In this document: in pieces, positions 25,451 through 39,264 of the stretch | Position numbering within the stretch: position 1 is the stretch's first letter | Layout: each line of letters begins with the position of its first letter | DNA from: Octopus sinensis | Lineage: Eukaryota | Reading direction: 5' to 3' | NCBI RefSeq assembly: GCF_006345805.1 | Contig: NC_043002.1 | Location: forward strand, 76,198,001-76,262,000 | DNA: 64,000 nt | The notes under the pieces: generated by a model | The model's database searches: none | Told to the model about the DNA's origin: nothing | Seen by the model: only the letters and a program-made list of their open reading frames with translations | Position numbers and translations under genes: made by a program

Positions 25451-26149
25451 TGGATTTCTAAATCACATCATCATCATCTTTATTATTATTGTTGTTGTTG
25501 TTGTTGTTATTAGCTGCACCACCGTCGCCTCCACCACCAGCATTTTTGTATTCTTCATTATTATTATTTTAGGAAAACATAGATGTGCTCTACAAGTTAT
25601 GTGTATACTAGTGTGAATGATACAGACAGCAAGTATACAGCGCCCGTGCGTTTTATTTATAAATTAGCTTTGAAAAGTTACACATGGTGTCACAAAAGCA
25701 AGATTTACTTTTCGTGTGTAATTGCGTTCTCTAATTGGCAAATCTGCGTCTCTTATACAGGATAATAAGGTTTTCGTTTACTGAGACCGTCTGACTGAAA
25801 CGTGCCTCTACCATCACTTGGAAAGCTGCCACGATACGACACGTACGAGTGACTAAGACCTCAGTAACGGCAGCATTGGAACAATATTGGATGCTGATTC
25901 TGCATCCGTCTTCTGCTAGGAGGAAAGGATCGAATTTATTATAGAAGGGGTTTTATGTAACACTCCCCAACAGTCTATTTCACCATAATGAATATAACAG
26001 CAATATCCGCATCTCCTTAAAAACCTCTTTCAGTATGAGATACTCTTTAAAATAGCTACCATAACTGTAAAATAGCTACCATAACTGCAACAACAGAACT
26101 ATCACAAATTGCAGCAGTATCACGGCAATAGGTAAAGTTACTAATGTCA

Positions 26150-27790
26150 TCAGTAAGGCGGCGAGCTGGTAGAATCTTTACCGCACAGAGCAAACTTGCT
26201 CCCTCGAACTAGCTGACCATGTGCCAAAATTTGAAATCATTATGCCATACATAGCCAAGTCGACAGTGGAGGCACATGGCCTAGTGGTTAGAGCAGCGGA
26301 CTCGTGGTCGAGGGATTGCAGGTTCGAATCTCAGACCGGACGATGTGGGTGTTTATGAGCGAAGCATCTAAGCGTAATGGGGCTCCGGCAGAAGGTAATG
26401 GCGAATTTCCGCTGACTCTTTCGCCACAACTTTCTCTCTCTCTCTTTCCTCCTGCATATAGCAACTCACCTGCGACGCACAGGCATCCCGTCCAGGTGGG
26501 GAATCTATACACCAATGAAACCGAGAACCCGGCCCTTATGAGCCAGGCATGGCTCGAGAAGGAACAAACAATGACAAACAAAAGTCGACGAGCTACCAGA
26601 ATCGTTAGAGCGCCGGTCAAAATGCTTAGTAACATTTTGTCCGTCTTTACGTTCTGAGTTCAAATTCCGCGAGGGTCGACTTTGCCTTTCATCCTTTCGA
26701 AGTCTATAAAATAGGTACTAATCATGCACTGGGATCGATATTATGGACTTACCCCTTCTCCCAAAACTACTGGCCTTCAGCCAAAGTTTTAAACCATTAT
26801 TTGATACATGGCTAAAGGCAATGAGCTAGCAGAATCGTTAAAGGCGGCGAGCTGGCAGAAATGTTAGCACGTCGGGCGAAATGCTTAGTGGTATTTCGTC
26901 TACCCGCTACGTTCTGAGTTCAAATTCCGCCGAGGTCGACTTAGCTTTCGGGGTCGATTAAGTAAGCACCAGTTACTGGCTTCGATGTAATCGACTTAAT
27001 CCCTTTGTCTGTCCTTGTTTGTCCCCCCTATGTTTAGCCCCTTGTGGGCAGCAAAGAAATAAGAATCGTTGATGCGCTGAGTAAAGTGCTTGGTGGCATT
27101 TCGTCCGTCTTTACGTTCTGAGTTCAAATTCCGCCGAAGTTGACTTATCCTTTTAGGGTAATGAAAATACATACCAGTTGCGCACTGAGGACAACATAAA
27201 CAACTTAACCCCTCACTTTGCCTTTCATCCTTTCGGGGTCGATTAAATAAGTACCAGTTATGCACTGGGGTAGATGTAATCGACTTATTCCCTTTGTCTC
27301 AACTTGTTTGTCCCCTTGTGGGCAATAAAGAAATAAATATAAACAACTTAACCCCTCACCCGAAATTGCTGGTATATTATTTCAGACGTAGCTAAAGGCG
27401 GCGAGCTGGCAGAATCGTTAGCATACCAGTCGAAATACTTAGCGATATTTCTTCCTGCCTGACACCCTGAGTTCAAGTTCCACCGAGGTTGACTTTGTCT
27501 TTCGCCCTTTTGGGGAGATCAGATAAGTACCTATCAGCTGCTGGGGTTGATGTAATCGGCTTCCCCATCCCCTCAGAAACTACTGGCTCTATGAGCTGGG
27601 AGAATCTGTAGTGCACCGGACAAAATACTTAGCGGAATTTGTCCGTCTTTATATTCTAAGTTCTAATCCCGCTGAGTTGACTTTACCTTTCATCATTTCG
27701 AGGTCAATGAAATAAGTACCAGTTGAGCACTGGGGTCGATGTAATCGACTAACCTCTTCCCTTAAAAGTTCAGGCTCTGTGGCTACAGTA
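26150..27790 (+). mobile_element. Pile-up of about 7 family A SINE copies or fragments plus one family C SINE (26269-26574)
   Basis: Repeated GGCGAGCTGGCAGAA heads (26157, 26843, 27397 and others) and CTTTCATCCTTTCGGGGTCGAT cores, all on the plus strand. Confidence 0.85.
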
Positions 27791-27928
27791 CAAAATATCA
27801 TTTCATACGTAGCCGTTCCTTAAGCATTAACAATGAAGAACTGAGCTTGGTTAAATGCTTGCGACCATCCTAGACTAGGTTTTAACCTTAAGTGAGAAAT
27901 TATTGTTACCTTTTCTGCAGTTTCATAT

Positions 27929-28277
27929 GAAAGCGCATGGCTCAGTGGTTAGAGCGTTGGGCTCACAATCATGAGGTAGTGAGTTCGATTTTCGGGCCGG
28001 GCTGCGCTGTGTTGTGTTCTTGAGCAAGACACTTCATTTTCACGTTGCAAGACACTTCATTTTCACTAAACTATTGAAATGAGTTGCGACGTCACTAGTG
28101 CTAAGCTGTGTCAAGTTTTTCTTTTCGCTTGGATAATATTGTTGGTGTGGATGAGGGGGGAGATTGTTATGCATGTGTGACTGCTGGTCTTCCATAAGCA
28201 ACCTTGCCCAAACTTGTGCTTCGGAGGGGAACCTTCTCGGGGCATCCCATGGTCATTCATGACCTAAGGTGGGGTCT
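27929..28277 (+). mobile_element. SINE family E
   Basis: Matches 12876-13208; has an internal direct duplication GCAAGACACTTCATTTTCAC. Confidence 0.85.
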
Positions 28278-29146
28278 TTATCCTTTATCCTCTATTGTAC
28301 CATCAAGTACACCTCAGTTTTTTCCTGATGTGCATGTTTGTGTGCATGCGCACGCGTGTAGCAATTTCTTTTAGCGATGTACAAGTGTGTTTGTATACAA
28401 CATTAATTTTGCATCGTTGTGTGGTTTGCCTATTGTTTCTGATGTCCTTTTAGTATTTCGTCTGTTGTATGTACAGTACGGGTTTGGATCCGTATGTACT
28501 GTGAAAGTGATGTTTTGAATCTTTTGTGCTGGACGGTGTTCGTGTAAAATTATGCTGTGTGTGTATTTTGTTATATAATATCGAGTGACAGTTAGGTAGA
28601 ATGAGGGTTTTGTCAGTTGTCGATGTTACAGTGTCGTGTATTGGTTATTTACGGGTATGAGCTGTGTGATGAATATGTTGAGTGGACGTTGTGCCATGTT
28701 GTTTGATAATAATTGGTTGGTGTATATGCTAGTCTATTGTTTGGCAGTATTTTCATAGAACATGTGTTTCCAGAATCATGTTATTTTTATTGGGTGATGC
28801 TTGTGTAAGCTGTGTTGTGTGCAGAAAGACAGAGAGAAAAAAGAGAGAGACAAAGACAGCGAGAGGAGAAAGAGGGAGAGAGACATAGAGAGAGAAAGAG
28901 AGTAATAGAGAGAGAAAGGGAGTGAGAAAGAAAGAGATGCAGAGAGAGAGAGAGTACTATGGAGAGAGAAAGAGAGAATACTTTTCCATTTCGAAACATA
29001 AATGGTCAGAAGAAACACGTGCTAACGATTGAACTGAATGTTGCGTAATATATGGTGTGACGATGTTCGTAATGTGGCTCTTTTTCGGACTATTCGTAGG
29101 TTTGTGAGTCGTAATACAGCTTTTAAGCTTTGTCCGCAATATCAAG

Positions 29147-29434
29147 TCCCCCATTTGTTTGGAACGTTTCTCCCATCATGCCTCAAATCCCTACATTAAC
29201 TGCTTCAGGTTTAAACCTGGAGAGGAAAGTAAGGATGAAATGTTGGGTACTACGTTCCAGAAAATTTCCTGAAAGGCAAGTAAGAATAAGAATGTTTCGA
29301 ATGAATGAGCCAACCTTCAGAATGCCTCTGTTGACCGAAGAACTCAACTGGAAGATCTTGCACTTAGCACTAAAGACAGTTCTGTATCTGTCGGCTTCTG
29401 TAGTTTGGCCTTTGCGAAATGTGCACCCGTTGTG
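29147..29434 (-). pseudogene. Degenerate non-LTR reverse transcriptase fragment
   Basis: An 83-codon stop-free frame (29186-29434), HNGCTFRKGQTT...SAKCKIFQ...GILKVGSFIRN...NFLERSTQHFILTFLS, then *GMMGETFQTNGG. By eye it aligns to RT subdomains 3-4 (Q-GFR-GRST, GID-S-AFDT, GEPFETNIG). Confidence 0.5.
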
Positions 29435-29781
29435 TTATTTCATTTCATTTTTCTCTAATAGTGTTGTCTTTATTTTCATGATTGTTTTCCTATAACGTTA
29501 TGATGCTTACACTGCTTTCGTTATTTGTACATTTAATAGTCTCTCATCCACCATCCTTGTAATTGATAAGAAGCGATTATTAGATATTAGAAACAATTAT
29601 TACTAATATTGTTGTTTTGCATCTCAGAGTGCTAGATCTTGTTTATTCTGGTCGATTTTGTGGGAGTGGACAACATCCCGCTGGTAGAGGTCTCAAAGGG
29701 TCTCTTTCCGGACATTACAAACATTGATGGCTGGTTGTTAATTAACGTGGGATACATTTAACATCCAAGTACCATATTGTT

Positions 29782-29986
<205 letters not shown>

Positions 29987-32900
29987 CTATGTTTCACTTT
30001 TGCTTTATATTTGTACAAGTTGGCTCCAAGTCTCACCCAGAGACCTCAAGAGACAACAGGGTTGGAAGTTCATGTTGTTGTTATGCCTAGTGTGCCATAT
30101 ATTTGGGGGGTGGGGATGTTGTTACTAATGATTTTAAAAAAAAAAAAAGTTTTTTTTTTTTTTTTTTTTTTAAACCGAAAATTATGGTTGTTTTAAACCT
30201 TGAGGTTACATAGAGAGTATTTTGCGTAGGATATGAGCAGTTCCCATGAGCACTATCTTTTGAACTTCTGCCATTTTTGGGTTTCCTGGTATCTGAGTTA
30301 GGTAGCTATCAGCCCCTTTTGCTATCATTCCCAGGGCACCTATGACAACAGGTATTGTTTTAGTCTTCAGCTTCCACATTTTGCTGATTTCTATTTCAAG
30401 ATCTTTATATTTGCTCAGTTTTTGGTAGGTCCTGACAGATACGTTTATATCGATTGGGACAGTCATATCAATGAGGAGGCATGTTCTTTGTTTGAAGTCT
30501 TTCAATATGATGTCTGGCCTATTTGCATCTATCTTCCTGTCAGTTTGAATGGTGAAGTTCCAGAGGAGTGAGATGTGGTCATTTTCAAGCACTGGGGGTG
30601 GTTTGTGTTCCCACCAGTTTTTTTCATGGGGCAAATCCAGGTTTTTACAGATTACCCAGTGAATATATTGTGCAGCTCTATCGTGCCTGTTGAGATACTC
30701 TGTAGGCGCTAGAAGACTGCACTTGGAGACCACATGGTCAATGGTTTCATTTTGATGCTTGCATACACGACACGTTGGACTGCTTCTGATCTTTAATATG
30801 TTGGCCTGGTAGTTTCTTGTTGGTAGGCATTGATCTTTAGCTGCTATGATAAACCCCTCTGTTTCAGATTTTAAGCCAGAGGCCATTAGCCATTGATGGG
30901 TCAGGGCTTTGTCGATATCTGCATTATTCGCTCTCTTTGGGTATTTGCCATAGAGAGGTTTTTCTTGCCATTTATTATTCAGAATATCTAAGGCCGCAGT
31001 TTTGGCACGGGTTTTCATGCGCCTAGCTTTTTCTGTGCTTGTTTCTTGTATGTCTATCTCTAATTCCGAAATTGGTTGTATTCGGAATTCACTTAGATAT
31101 CCTTTGCCTGTTTTGTGACTGAGTATGATGCTTTCTTGTTTTCATGTTTTGAGACAAGTTTTAACATCCAGTCCTCAGAGTTTTTCAGGTAGGTGTCTAG
31201 GCCAATTGTAGCAATCTTCATTGTTATTGCCAGTTGCAAAAGACTACGGCCTCCCTCTTTTCTTGGCAGATAGAGTCGTTCTGTATCTGCCTTAGGGTGG
31301 TGCATTCTATGCATTGTCAACAGTTTTCTTATTTTTCTGTCGAGCTGACATATTTCAGTAATTGACCAGTTAACAATATTGAAACTGTAAGTCACGACTG
31401 GTATAGCTAATGCATTGATTGCTTCGATCCTGTTTCTTGCATTCAGCTCTGTCTTGAGTATTGCTCTCACTCTTCGATAGCATTCTCTCCTGATCCTTTC
31501 CTTCATCTCTGAATGCCTTATTCCGTTCCCTTCAATTACCCCTAGGTACTTGTAGCTCTCCGCTGGGTCTAGTTCTTTTATGTCATTCTGTTGGTCAAGG
31601 TTAACGTTAGATGTTTCTGTCATTTTTCCTTTGATAAAGGTAGCCTTTGCACATTTATCGAGGCCGAATTGCATTCTGATGTCGTCACTGAATTGTTTGA
31701 CTATCGCTAGTAAGCCCTTGAGTTGTTGATCATTTTTTGCAAAAAGCTTTAAATCATCCATGTAAACGAGATGATTTATATTTTTATCAAACATTTTATA
31801 CCCGTACTGCGCGTCATTGAGCAGCTTTGAGAGAGGTATTAAGGATAAACAAAAGAGGGGTGGTGACAGTGAGTCACCCTGGAAAATGCCACACGAAATT
31901 TTTACATCACCAGCATTTAGGGATTCACTGTCACTGTTCAGAGTTAGTGTGGTTCTCATGATCTCATACTTACAGTCAAGAAGTTTCGCAGAGTTGGTGC
32001 TATCTTATACATTTCAAGGCATTCCTAATCCAGCTATGTGGTAGGCTATCAAAAGCCTTTTTATAGTCTATCCAGGCTATTGATAAGTTTTTGTGTCGTT
32101 TGTGACAATCTTCTAAGATCATCTTATTGATGAGTAGTTGGTCTTTACAGCCGTAGGATCCACGTTTACATCCTTTCTGTTCATTAGGGAATATGCTGCT
32201 GTCTGTTAAAAAACTATAGGTATATTCCGTCAGGACAGATGTTAGTGTTTTGTACATAGTTGTTAAGCAGGTATGGGTCTATAGTTTTTTGGTTCATTTG
32301 TTTCTTCACTTTTTGGAAGCAGGAATGTTAACCCATTAACTAGCCAAGGAGGCATCCTACTAGGGTGTTGCAAAACATCATTGTACAGTTCTGTTAGCAG
32401 TTCATGGCTCTCTGGGAAGGCATTCAGCCAGAAGTTAGGAATTTTATCCTTTCCTGGAGACTTCCATTTGCTTGACCTCCTGAGAGCAGATCTTATATCT
32501 TCTACCTTGACACCCTCCCACTTTGCTCTTCTAAGGGGTCCAGTTCTGTAGATATTTTGTCAATCCAGGGGGCCTTTTCGTTGTGTGTTTTTTCTTCTGC
32601 CCAGATTTTATTCAAAATCTCTGCACTTCTTCTTTTGATGGTACAGACCCTGCAGTAAACGTGTTTTTTCCTATCTTCCTGTAAAAATTCTTGGTGTTAT
32701 TTTTGAACATGTTGTTGTCCTTGAAAAATCTAACACGCTTTTCATACCTCGCTATGCGGGCAGCTTTGGCAGATACCTTTTGTTTGATGGTTTCTATGGT
32801 GGCATCAATATCAAGTATAGTTTTCATATTGTATTTTTTCAGTAATTTTTGGGTTTTTGTAGGTTTGGTAGTCTTGTGAGCCTTAAGGTTTTTCAAATAT

Positions 32901-33659
32901 TCAATGTCAGATCTAAATACTTTAATTTGTTGTTGCAGACGCTCTTGCCAAGAAGGCTTTTTGTGGGACTGTTGCCGTTTTCTAATCTTTACACCACATA
33001 GGATCGTTGAGATTTTCGCGGATGCATAGTATAGGTGGTTGAGGTTTGTGATATCAACATCATTAACTGAAATTATATCCTTAAGTGCAAGCCGGATTTT
33101 ACCAATTATTTTCATGTTTTGGTTAGAGTTGCGGATTTTAGGAAGTGTATCACGCTCATCCATGCTGGTTTCTTTAATTTTCAGCCATTCAATCATGATT
33201 TGATTTTTTAGCTCATGTAGTTCTGTTGGGTCAATATTGTGTGACTTTCTTTATCTATTTGATGCTCATCTGTCTTAGTGTTTATGATTGGTTCAGGGCG
33301 TATTTCACTTTGCCTATCACTTATACAACTCTTTCAATCCTCTCTTCGTTTTTATCCGCCCTGGGCTGGTCTATAATCATTTCCTCTGTATTATCTTCTC
33401 TAGCTGCAGCTTCGTTCATTTTATCCGATATTGCTTGTCTAACCTGATCAATCTCTACTTCAGTCAGTAATTTCTTTTTTATAATGTTTTCTTCTACATT
33501 GGCAAGCTTGTTACTGTCTATGTAGGGTCTTACTTCAGGGTGTTTCTGTCTCCAGTTTAGTATGCTTGTACAGTGCTAGACTTATCTGTGGGGAAATATA
33601 TGGCATGGTAGAAGGCCTCAAGAACTTCTTTATTATCTTCCCTAGACCATTTTTCCTTC

Positions 33660-33662
<3 letters not shown>
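29987..33662 (-). mobile_element. R4/Dong-clade non-LTR retrotransposon, nearly full ORF, inactivated by stops and frameshifts
   Basis: Motifs in order: N-terminal RRKKWSREDNKEVLEAFY (~33595-33660); RT motifs EQKGCKRGS, WIDYKKAFDS, GIFQGDSLSP, HLVYMDD (~31753-31764); CCHC finger CRVCKHQNETIDHVVSKC; RLE NRPDIILKD..IDMTVP. ORF pieces 33196-32612, 32257-32000, 31959-31093 and 31018-30206. The 3' UTR ends in (AAT)n, and both flanks are (TAA)n. Confidence 0.95.
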
Positions 33663-33733
<71 letters not shown>

Positions 33734-33736
<3 letters not shown>

Positions 33737-34050
33737 GTTTGACTTTTGCTTTATATATGTACAAGTTGGCTCCAAGTCTCACCCAGAGACCTCAAAAGAC
33801 AACAGGTTGGAAGTTCATGTTGTTGTTATGCCTAGTGTGCCATATATTTGTTTTTTTTTTTTGGTGTTGTACTAGTGAATGTCTAAGAAAAATCGAAAAT
33901 TATGTTTGTTTTAAACCCTGAGATTACATAGAAAGTATTTTGCGTAGGATATGAGCAGTTCCCATGAGCACTGTCTTTCGAATTTCTGGCATTTTGGGGT
34001 TTCCTGGTATCTGAGTTAGGTAGTAATCAGCCCCTTTCGCTATCATTCCC
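33734..34050 (-). mobile_element. Second, 5'-truncated copy of the same Dong element
   Basis: Contains the last ~40 codons (GMIAKGADYYLTQIPGNPKMPEIRKTVLMGTAHILRKILSM*) and the 3' UTR, diverged from copy 1 and flanked by (TAA)n. Confidence 0.93.
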
Positions 34051-34544
34051 TATTATTATTATTATTATTATTATTATATTATATTATTATTATTATTATT
34101 ATTATTATAAGGTGATCTGGTAAAATCGTTGGCACACCAGACGAAATGCTTAGCGGTGTTTCGTCCGTCTTTACGCTCTGATTTTAAGTTCTGCCTATGT
34201 CGACTTTGCCTTTCATTTTTCAATATCGATAACTCATGTACCAGTCAAGCACAAAGTTTTGATGTAATTAACAAGCCCCTGTCTCAAAATTTGAGGCCTT
34301 GTGCCTTTATAAGAAAGGGTTATTTTTATTATAGTTAAGCTGATGACCTGGCAGAGTCGTTAGCACGTATTTCTTCTGACTTTTTGAGGTCGAATTCCGC
34401 TGATGTCGAGTTTGTCTTTCATCTCTACGGGGTCTATAAAATTAGTAACAGTTAAGTATTGCGATGGATTTAATCGACTTGGCTCCCCGCTTAAAGTTGC
34501 TGATTTTGTACCAAAATCTGAAACCATCATCATCATCATCATCA

Positions 34545-34611
<67 letters not shown>

Positions 34612-34630
34612 CATGATTATTATTATTATT

Positions 34631-35138
34631 GAGTGAGTGAAAGATCAGTGCATGCATCAAAGGGATACATCCATCATGACTACGCGACTGATAAAGGTAC
34701 ACCAGGCACATGCATCACAATCACATGTGCGCGATATAGTGATCTCATATCAAGATAGACAGCACATGACTTTGCAAATGGGATATAGTTAGAATTTCCT
34801 TCAGATCGAGTAGCCCATCCCGCTCAAAATGGCTCTGAATAACGGTTGTTTAAGGATATTGAACAAAACACCCATGTTTCCAGAGGTGAATTATCCAAAC
34901 CCCACAAAATTCCTCTCAACACATGCCTATGATGCTCCCCCACTACTTCTGCGCCTGATCAGAGATGCACATATCCTCAGTCACTAAGGGACATGCTCAA
35001 CTGGTTAAGGTCAAACAACTGAGAAGCAAATCTGTGGTAATGAGGAGAATACTTGCTGTAGCCCATCTTTCAGACCAAGACAAAACAATGTACATGATAA
35101 TAATTCCAATCAGTTAAAATCAAAAGCCACGAGAGCCA
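34631..35138 (+). mobile_element. Dispersed ~500-bp repeat (family F); partial copy at 19130-19260
   Basis: The block GACCTTGCAGGTGGGGCC...TCGAGTAGCCCATCCCGCTCAAAA...TTGTTTAAGGAT is shared by both loci. Confidence 0.7.
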
Positions 35139-35458
35139 TTATTATTATCCTCATCATCATCATCATCTTCATCATCATCATCATACTTATTATTATTATA
35201 AGGAATCGTTTGCATCCCGGGTGAAGTGCTTTGCAGTATTTCATCCATTTTTACGTCCTGAATTCAAATTCCACCCAGCGTCCGACTTTGCCTGTCATCT
35301 TATCGAGATCGATAAATTAAGTACCATTGAAACTTGAAGTCGATGTAATCGACAAGTCTTCTCCTGTCAAATTTCAGGCCTTGTGCCTTTAGCAGAAAGG
35401 ACTGTTGTTGTTGGCATTATTATTATTATTATTCTCATGTTGTTGTTGTTGTTGTTGT

Positions 35459-35500
<42 letters not shown>

Positions 35501-35826
35501 GGATGATGACAAGGAAGGAGAGGGAGGAGAAGAAGAGGAGGAGGAGGGCCAGGTGTTCCGAGCGGAGATCAATATCTCAAAGAAACGCCCGAGACCGAAA
35601 TGATTAAGCAGCAATCACTTTTGATTTTTATCATGCCACGCAAATATAAAAGAGACGATATGCCGTCAGTAACAGTGAGGTGACCTTAGTAAATATGACA
35701 CCAGACGTGATTTTAAAAAGTGACAGGATAATAATACGTCCCGCAAATGGCTGCTAATAATGGCTATTTCAGTTTTACCATAAATTTGCGTTTGCGTGTG
35801 TATTCGTATGTGCGTTTTGTGTGTGT

Positions 35827-35861
<35 letters not shown>

Positions 35862-36114
35862 AGGGGAGTGTATCATTTCATGCGTTTAGTGTGTTAGATC
35901 GTCGTTCGGCGAATTGAAGTTGTTTGACAGTAGGTGTCCACGTCAGTGTGCATTTCTGACTCCATTCAGATGTATTTGTTTGTACGTCTGTTTTTGTGGG
36001 AGATCGTGTAACTAATTTAATTTTGTATGTGGTTCAGGAATTATGTCTTTTTGTTTTTTACTCCGATAGCTAAAACATATACACATTCATTTATACATAC
36101 ATGCACAAATACAA

Positions 36115-36193
<79 letters not shown>

Positions 36194-36659
36194 CACACAC
36201 AGAAACACACACACACATATATATATTCATACATCTTATATATAGGCACACTCACAAATATATACATACATGTATTAATATGTATATATGTATACATATA
36301 CACATATAAGCATACATATATTTGTGTGCGTGTATGTGTGTGTGTGTGTGTATGTGTGTACACAATCAGATATTTATGTAGAGATATATATGTATATAAT
36401 TTTTCTTTTCTTTGTTATGCGTTTCAGCCCAAAAGCTTTGGTACTGCCTGTTGCATCAAATGGCATTCTCATGTGGTGATCTTTTGATGAATGAAGGAAT
36501 CTGGTATTTCTGTATCGTGTGAGATTCTTGGTTCATCGGGGATTTGGAATATAGGTTCATCACTCAGTCGTTCCAGTAACTGTGGTGTTTCATCAATGCA
36601 ATCTTCTTGGGGTAGTAACATTTATTGCTTCAAGTTCTACCATTAAATACCCCACCATT

Positions 36660-37210
36660 AAATTGATATATATACTCCCACCCTCAGCCTAACCCATACC
36701 CCACCCTTGCTTTACCCATTCTGCCCCCCTCCCCACCTCTCAACACCATCACGTCACACCACACACCACACACCACTACGCCTTACACCACCATGCCACA
36801 CAACACATCACAACACACCATCACGCACACACCAGCACTGACCACTTCCCAGGCCCATCTTTTCACACCTGCACATACACACACGCACACGTCAAGATCA
36901 CCAGTCCTCTTCCACATGCGCATACAAACTCTGTTATACACACGCACGCGCACCTTCATTTTGGGATCATGACTACTTTATTATCTCCCCTTCTCCCTAA
37001 CTCTCCTGTGTGACCCTTCTGTCCGGCATTCGCCATGATAGATCGCTAGCCACTACACATTCTTTATTTTCTCTCCTTTCTTTCTGTGTTCCTTTCTCGA
37101 AATGTTAAAGACTTTTTCAGTTTCCGAGCGTTATACTAACACATCTGTTTGTTGTCTACACCACCTGTCTTCGTCTTTTGTTTTTTTTTTTGTTTTTTGT
37201 GATTTCTCCC
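36660..37210 (+). mobile_element. Penelope-type pseudo-LTR-like repeat
   Basis: A CA-rich stretch followed by ...CTCGAAATGTTAAAGACT...CCGAGCG...GTCTTCGTCTTTTG, homologous to the 11008 and 37360 copies in the opposite orientation. Confidence 0.45.
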
Positions 37211-37229
37211 TATATATATATATATATAT

Positions 37230-37305
37230 AAACGTATTTAATTGGTATATACACATATACATAAATGCATACATACATACATACATACATACATACATAC
37301 ATACA

Positions 37306-37359
<54 letters not shown>

Positions 37360-37543
37360 GTTGAAATTTATAGAAAAACAAAAGACGAAGACAGGTATAT
37401 GAACAACAAGCAAGTATAATAGTTTGGTGCTCGAAGAAATGAAAACGTCTTTTACGTTTCAAACCTACGCTCTTCAACAAAGAGGAATAAGAGAAAGTAA
37501 ACAGAAAGAAATGAAAAATAAAACTTATATATATATAAATTTC

Positions 37544-37597
<54 letters not shown>

Positions 37598-37698
37598 ATA
37601 TATGTATGTATGTATGTATGCATGTATGTATGTATGTATTTATGTATGTATGTATGTATGCATTTATGTATATGTGTATATACCAATTAAATACGTTT
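37230..37698. repeat. Inverted duplication (arms 37230-37372 and 37534-37698) around a 161-nt loop
   Basis: The unique parts of the arms (AAACGTATTTAATTGGTATATACACATATACATAAATGCATAC and GTTGAAATTTATA) are exact reverse complements; only microsatellite lengths differ. Confidence 0.93.
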
Positions 37699-38118
37699 TT
37701 ATTATTTTTTGCAATTTACTTAATCATTGATATTTTATTGTTATATTAATTTTAATATTTCTATTATATGTAATTTTCTAGATGGTGTAATTTAATTGTT
37801 CATTTTGAATTGATAAAAGGTGATTTTTTCTAATTTATATATATATATATATATATATATCTATATATATAATATTATATATATATATATTATATATATA
37901 TATATTATATTGTGTGAAATTTGATTTACTATTTCTAAATTGAATTTTTTTCCTGTAAGTTTGGATTTATATTCCCTCAAATAATTATTATATGTGTATA
38001 TATATATATGTATATTGATATATATTTACATACATATATACATATATATATACACATATAATGCATATATATATATACACATACATATGTATACACATAC
38101 ACACACACACACACACAC

Positions 38119-38159
<41 letters not shown>

Positions 38160-38339
38160 TATATATATATTATAAATATATATATATATATAAATATACA
38201 TATATATATACATATATATCTATATGCATATATATATATATATTAATATATATATATACATATATACATTATACAATATATGTATGTTAAATTTTACTTT
38301 GAAATATTTGACAGTAACTTCGAAGTTTCGGCTTACTAG

Positions 38340-38760
38340 CTGACATCAAACTCTAGGCTACGTTGGGCTTTCAGTATTTTGACTGGGTGTTCCTTTGATG
38401 AGTAGCGTAATGTAAATCAAAATCGAGTTTGATGTATGCAACCAGAATTAGTTATGTAGGAAATGGGAGATGAAGAATAACAAGAAAAAATCTATATTTA
38501 TAGGTTGTGGGTAACGAAAAAGAGACTTCTTTTTTCTTTTGTGGTGAAGATAGTTATTCTGGTATGATAAGGGAAGTTTGTTACTGTTCGGATTTAGGTG
38601 GACATATGTGTAAAGAGTGTTTATGTTGCAGAGGTGTTGTTATTTGTATTGACTGAAGTTTTTCTTATGATGTTGTGTCTGGGGAAGATTCATACTGTTT
38701 TAATGCCTTCTTATGAGTAATCCTTTGTATACATAATGGTACAGAGCTATTTTAGGCTTC
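38340..38760 (-). pseudogene. Possible highly decayed Penelope GIY-YIG region
   Basis: Minus-strand fragments IFSCYSSSPISYITNSGC and HYATHQRNTQS loosely resemble FTC-SSNVIY-I-C and R--EH motifs. Confidence 0.25.
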
Positions 38761-39215
38761 ACAAAGAATGTTTATTGAAAAGTACCAGTTCAAATTTTCA
38801 TAGAGCATATGTCAGATAGAGAGGCGCCACTTTTTGTGCTAATCAGTTCCTTCAGCAGAAGTTGCATTCGACGAATGTTTACAGATATCGCGATTTAAAT
38901 TATATATTCGTAATTGCTGAACACTCAAGTGTTAAGGTTTCTTCTGCTAAATATTCTTCCTTTGAAATTTGTATTTCGAATACTTTTACAGCATCAGTTG
39001 TCTTTTTATGCACCAGCCCCGTCTATGTAAACGCATCTGATTCCTGCGAATATTACTGACTCATTCTGTTGATGAAGCGTACAAACGTGTGATACTTTAC
39101 ACGCGTGCATATCGCAGTAGCATATCCGTATCCAGAGAAGATCTATAGGTTACATTTAAACTGTATGGTTTAATGTGTTTCCGGATCATTTCGCTTATAT
39201 TACGCACACACACAC

Positions 39216-39264
<49 letters not shown>

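Noticed and set aside
29130-29495. 121-aa plus-strand ORF and micro-exon signals at 29209-29279
   Set aside because: Better explained as the antisense shadow of a minus-strand RT remnant.
36428-36503. Candidate exon (A)QKLWYCLLHQMAFSCGDLLMNEGI
   Set aside because: Good acceptor but weak donor (GTATTT), next to a repeat and with no recognised homology; kept only as a mention.
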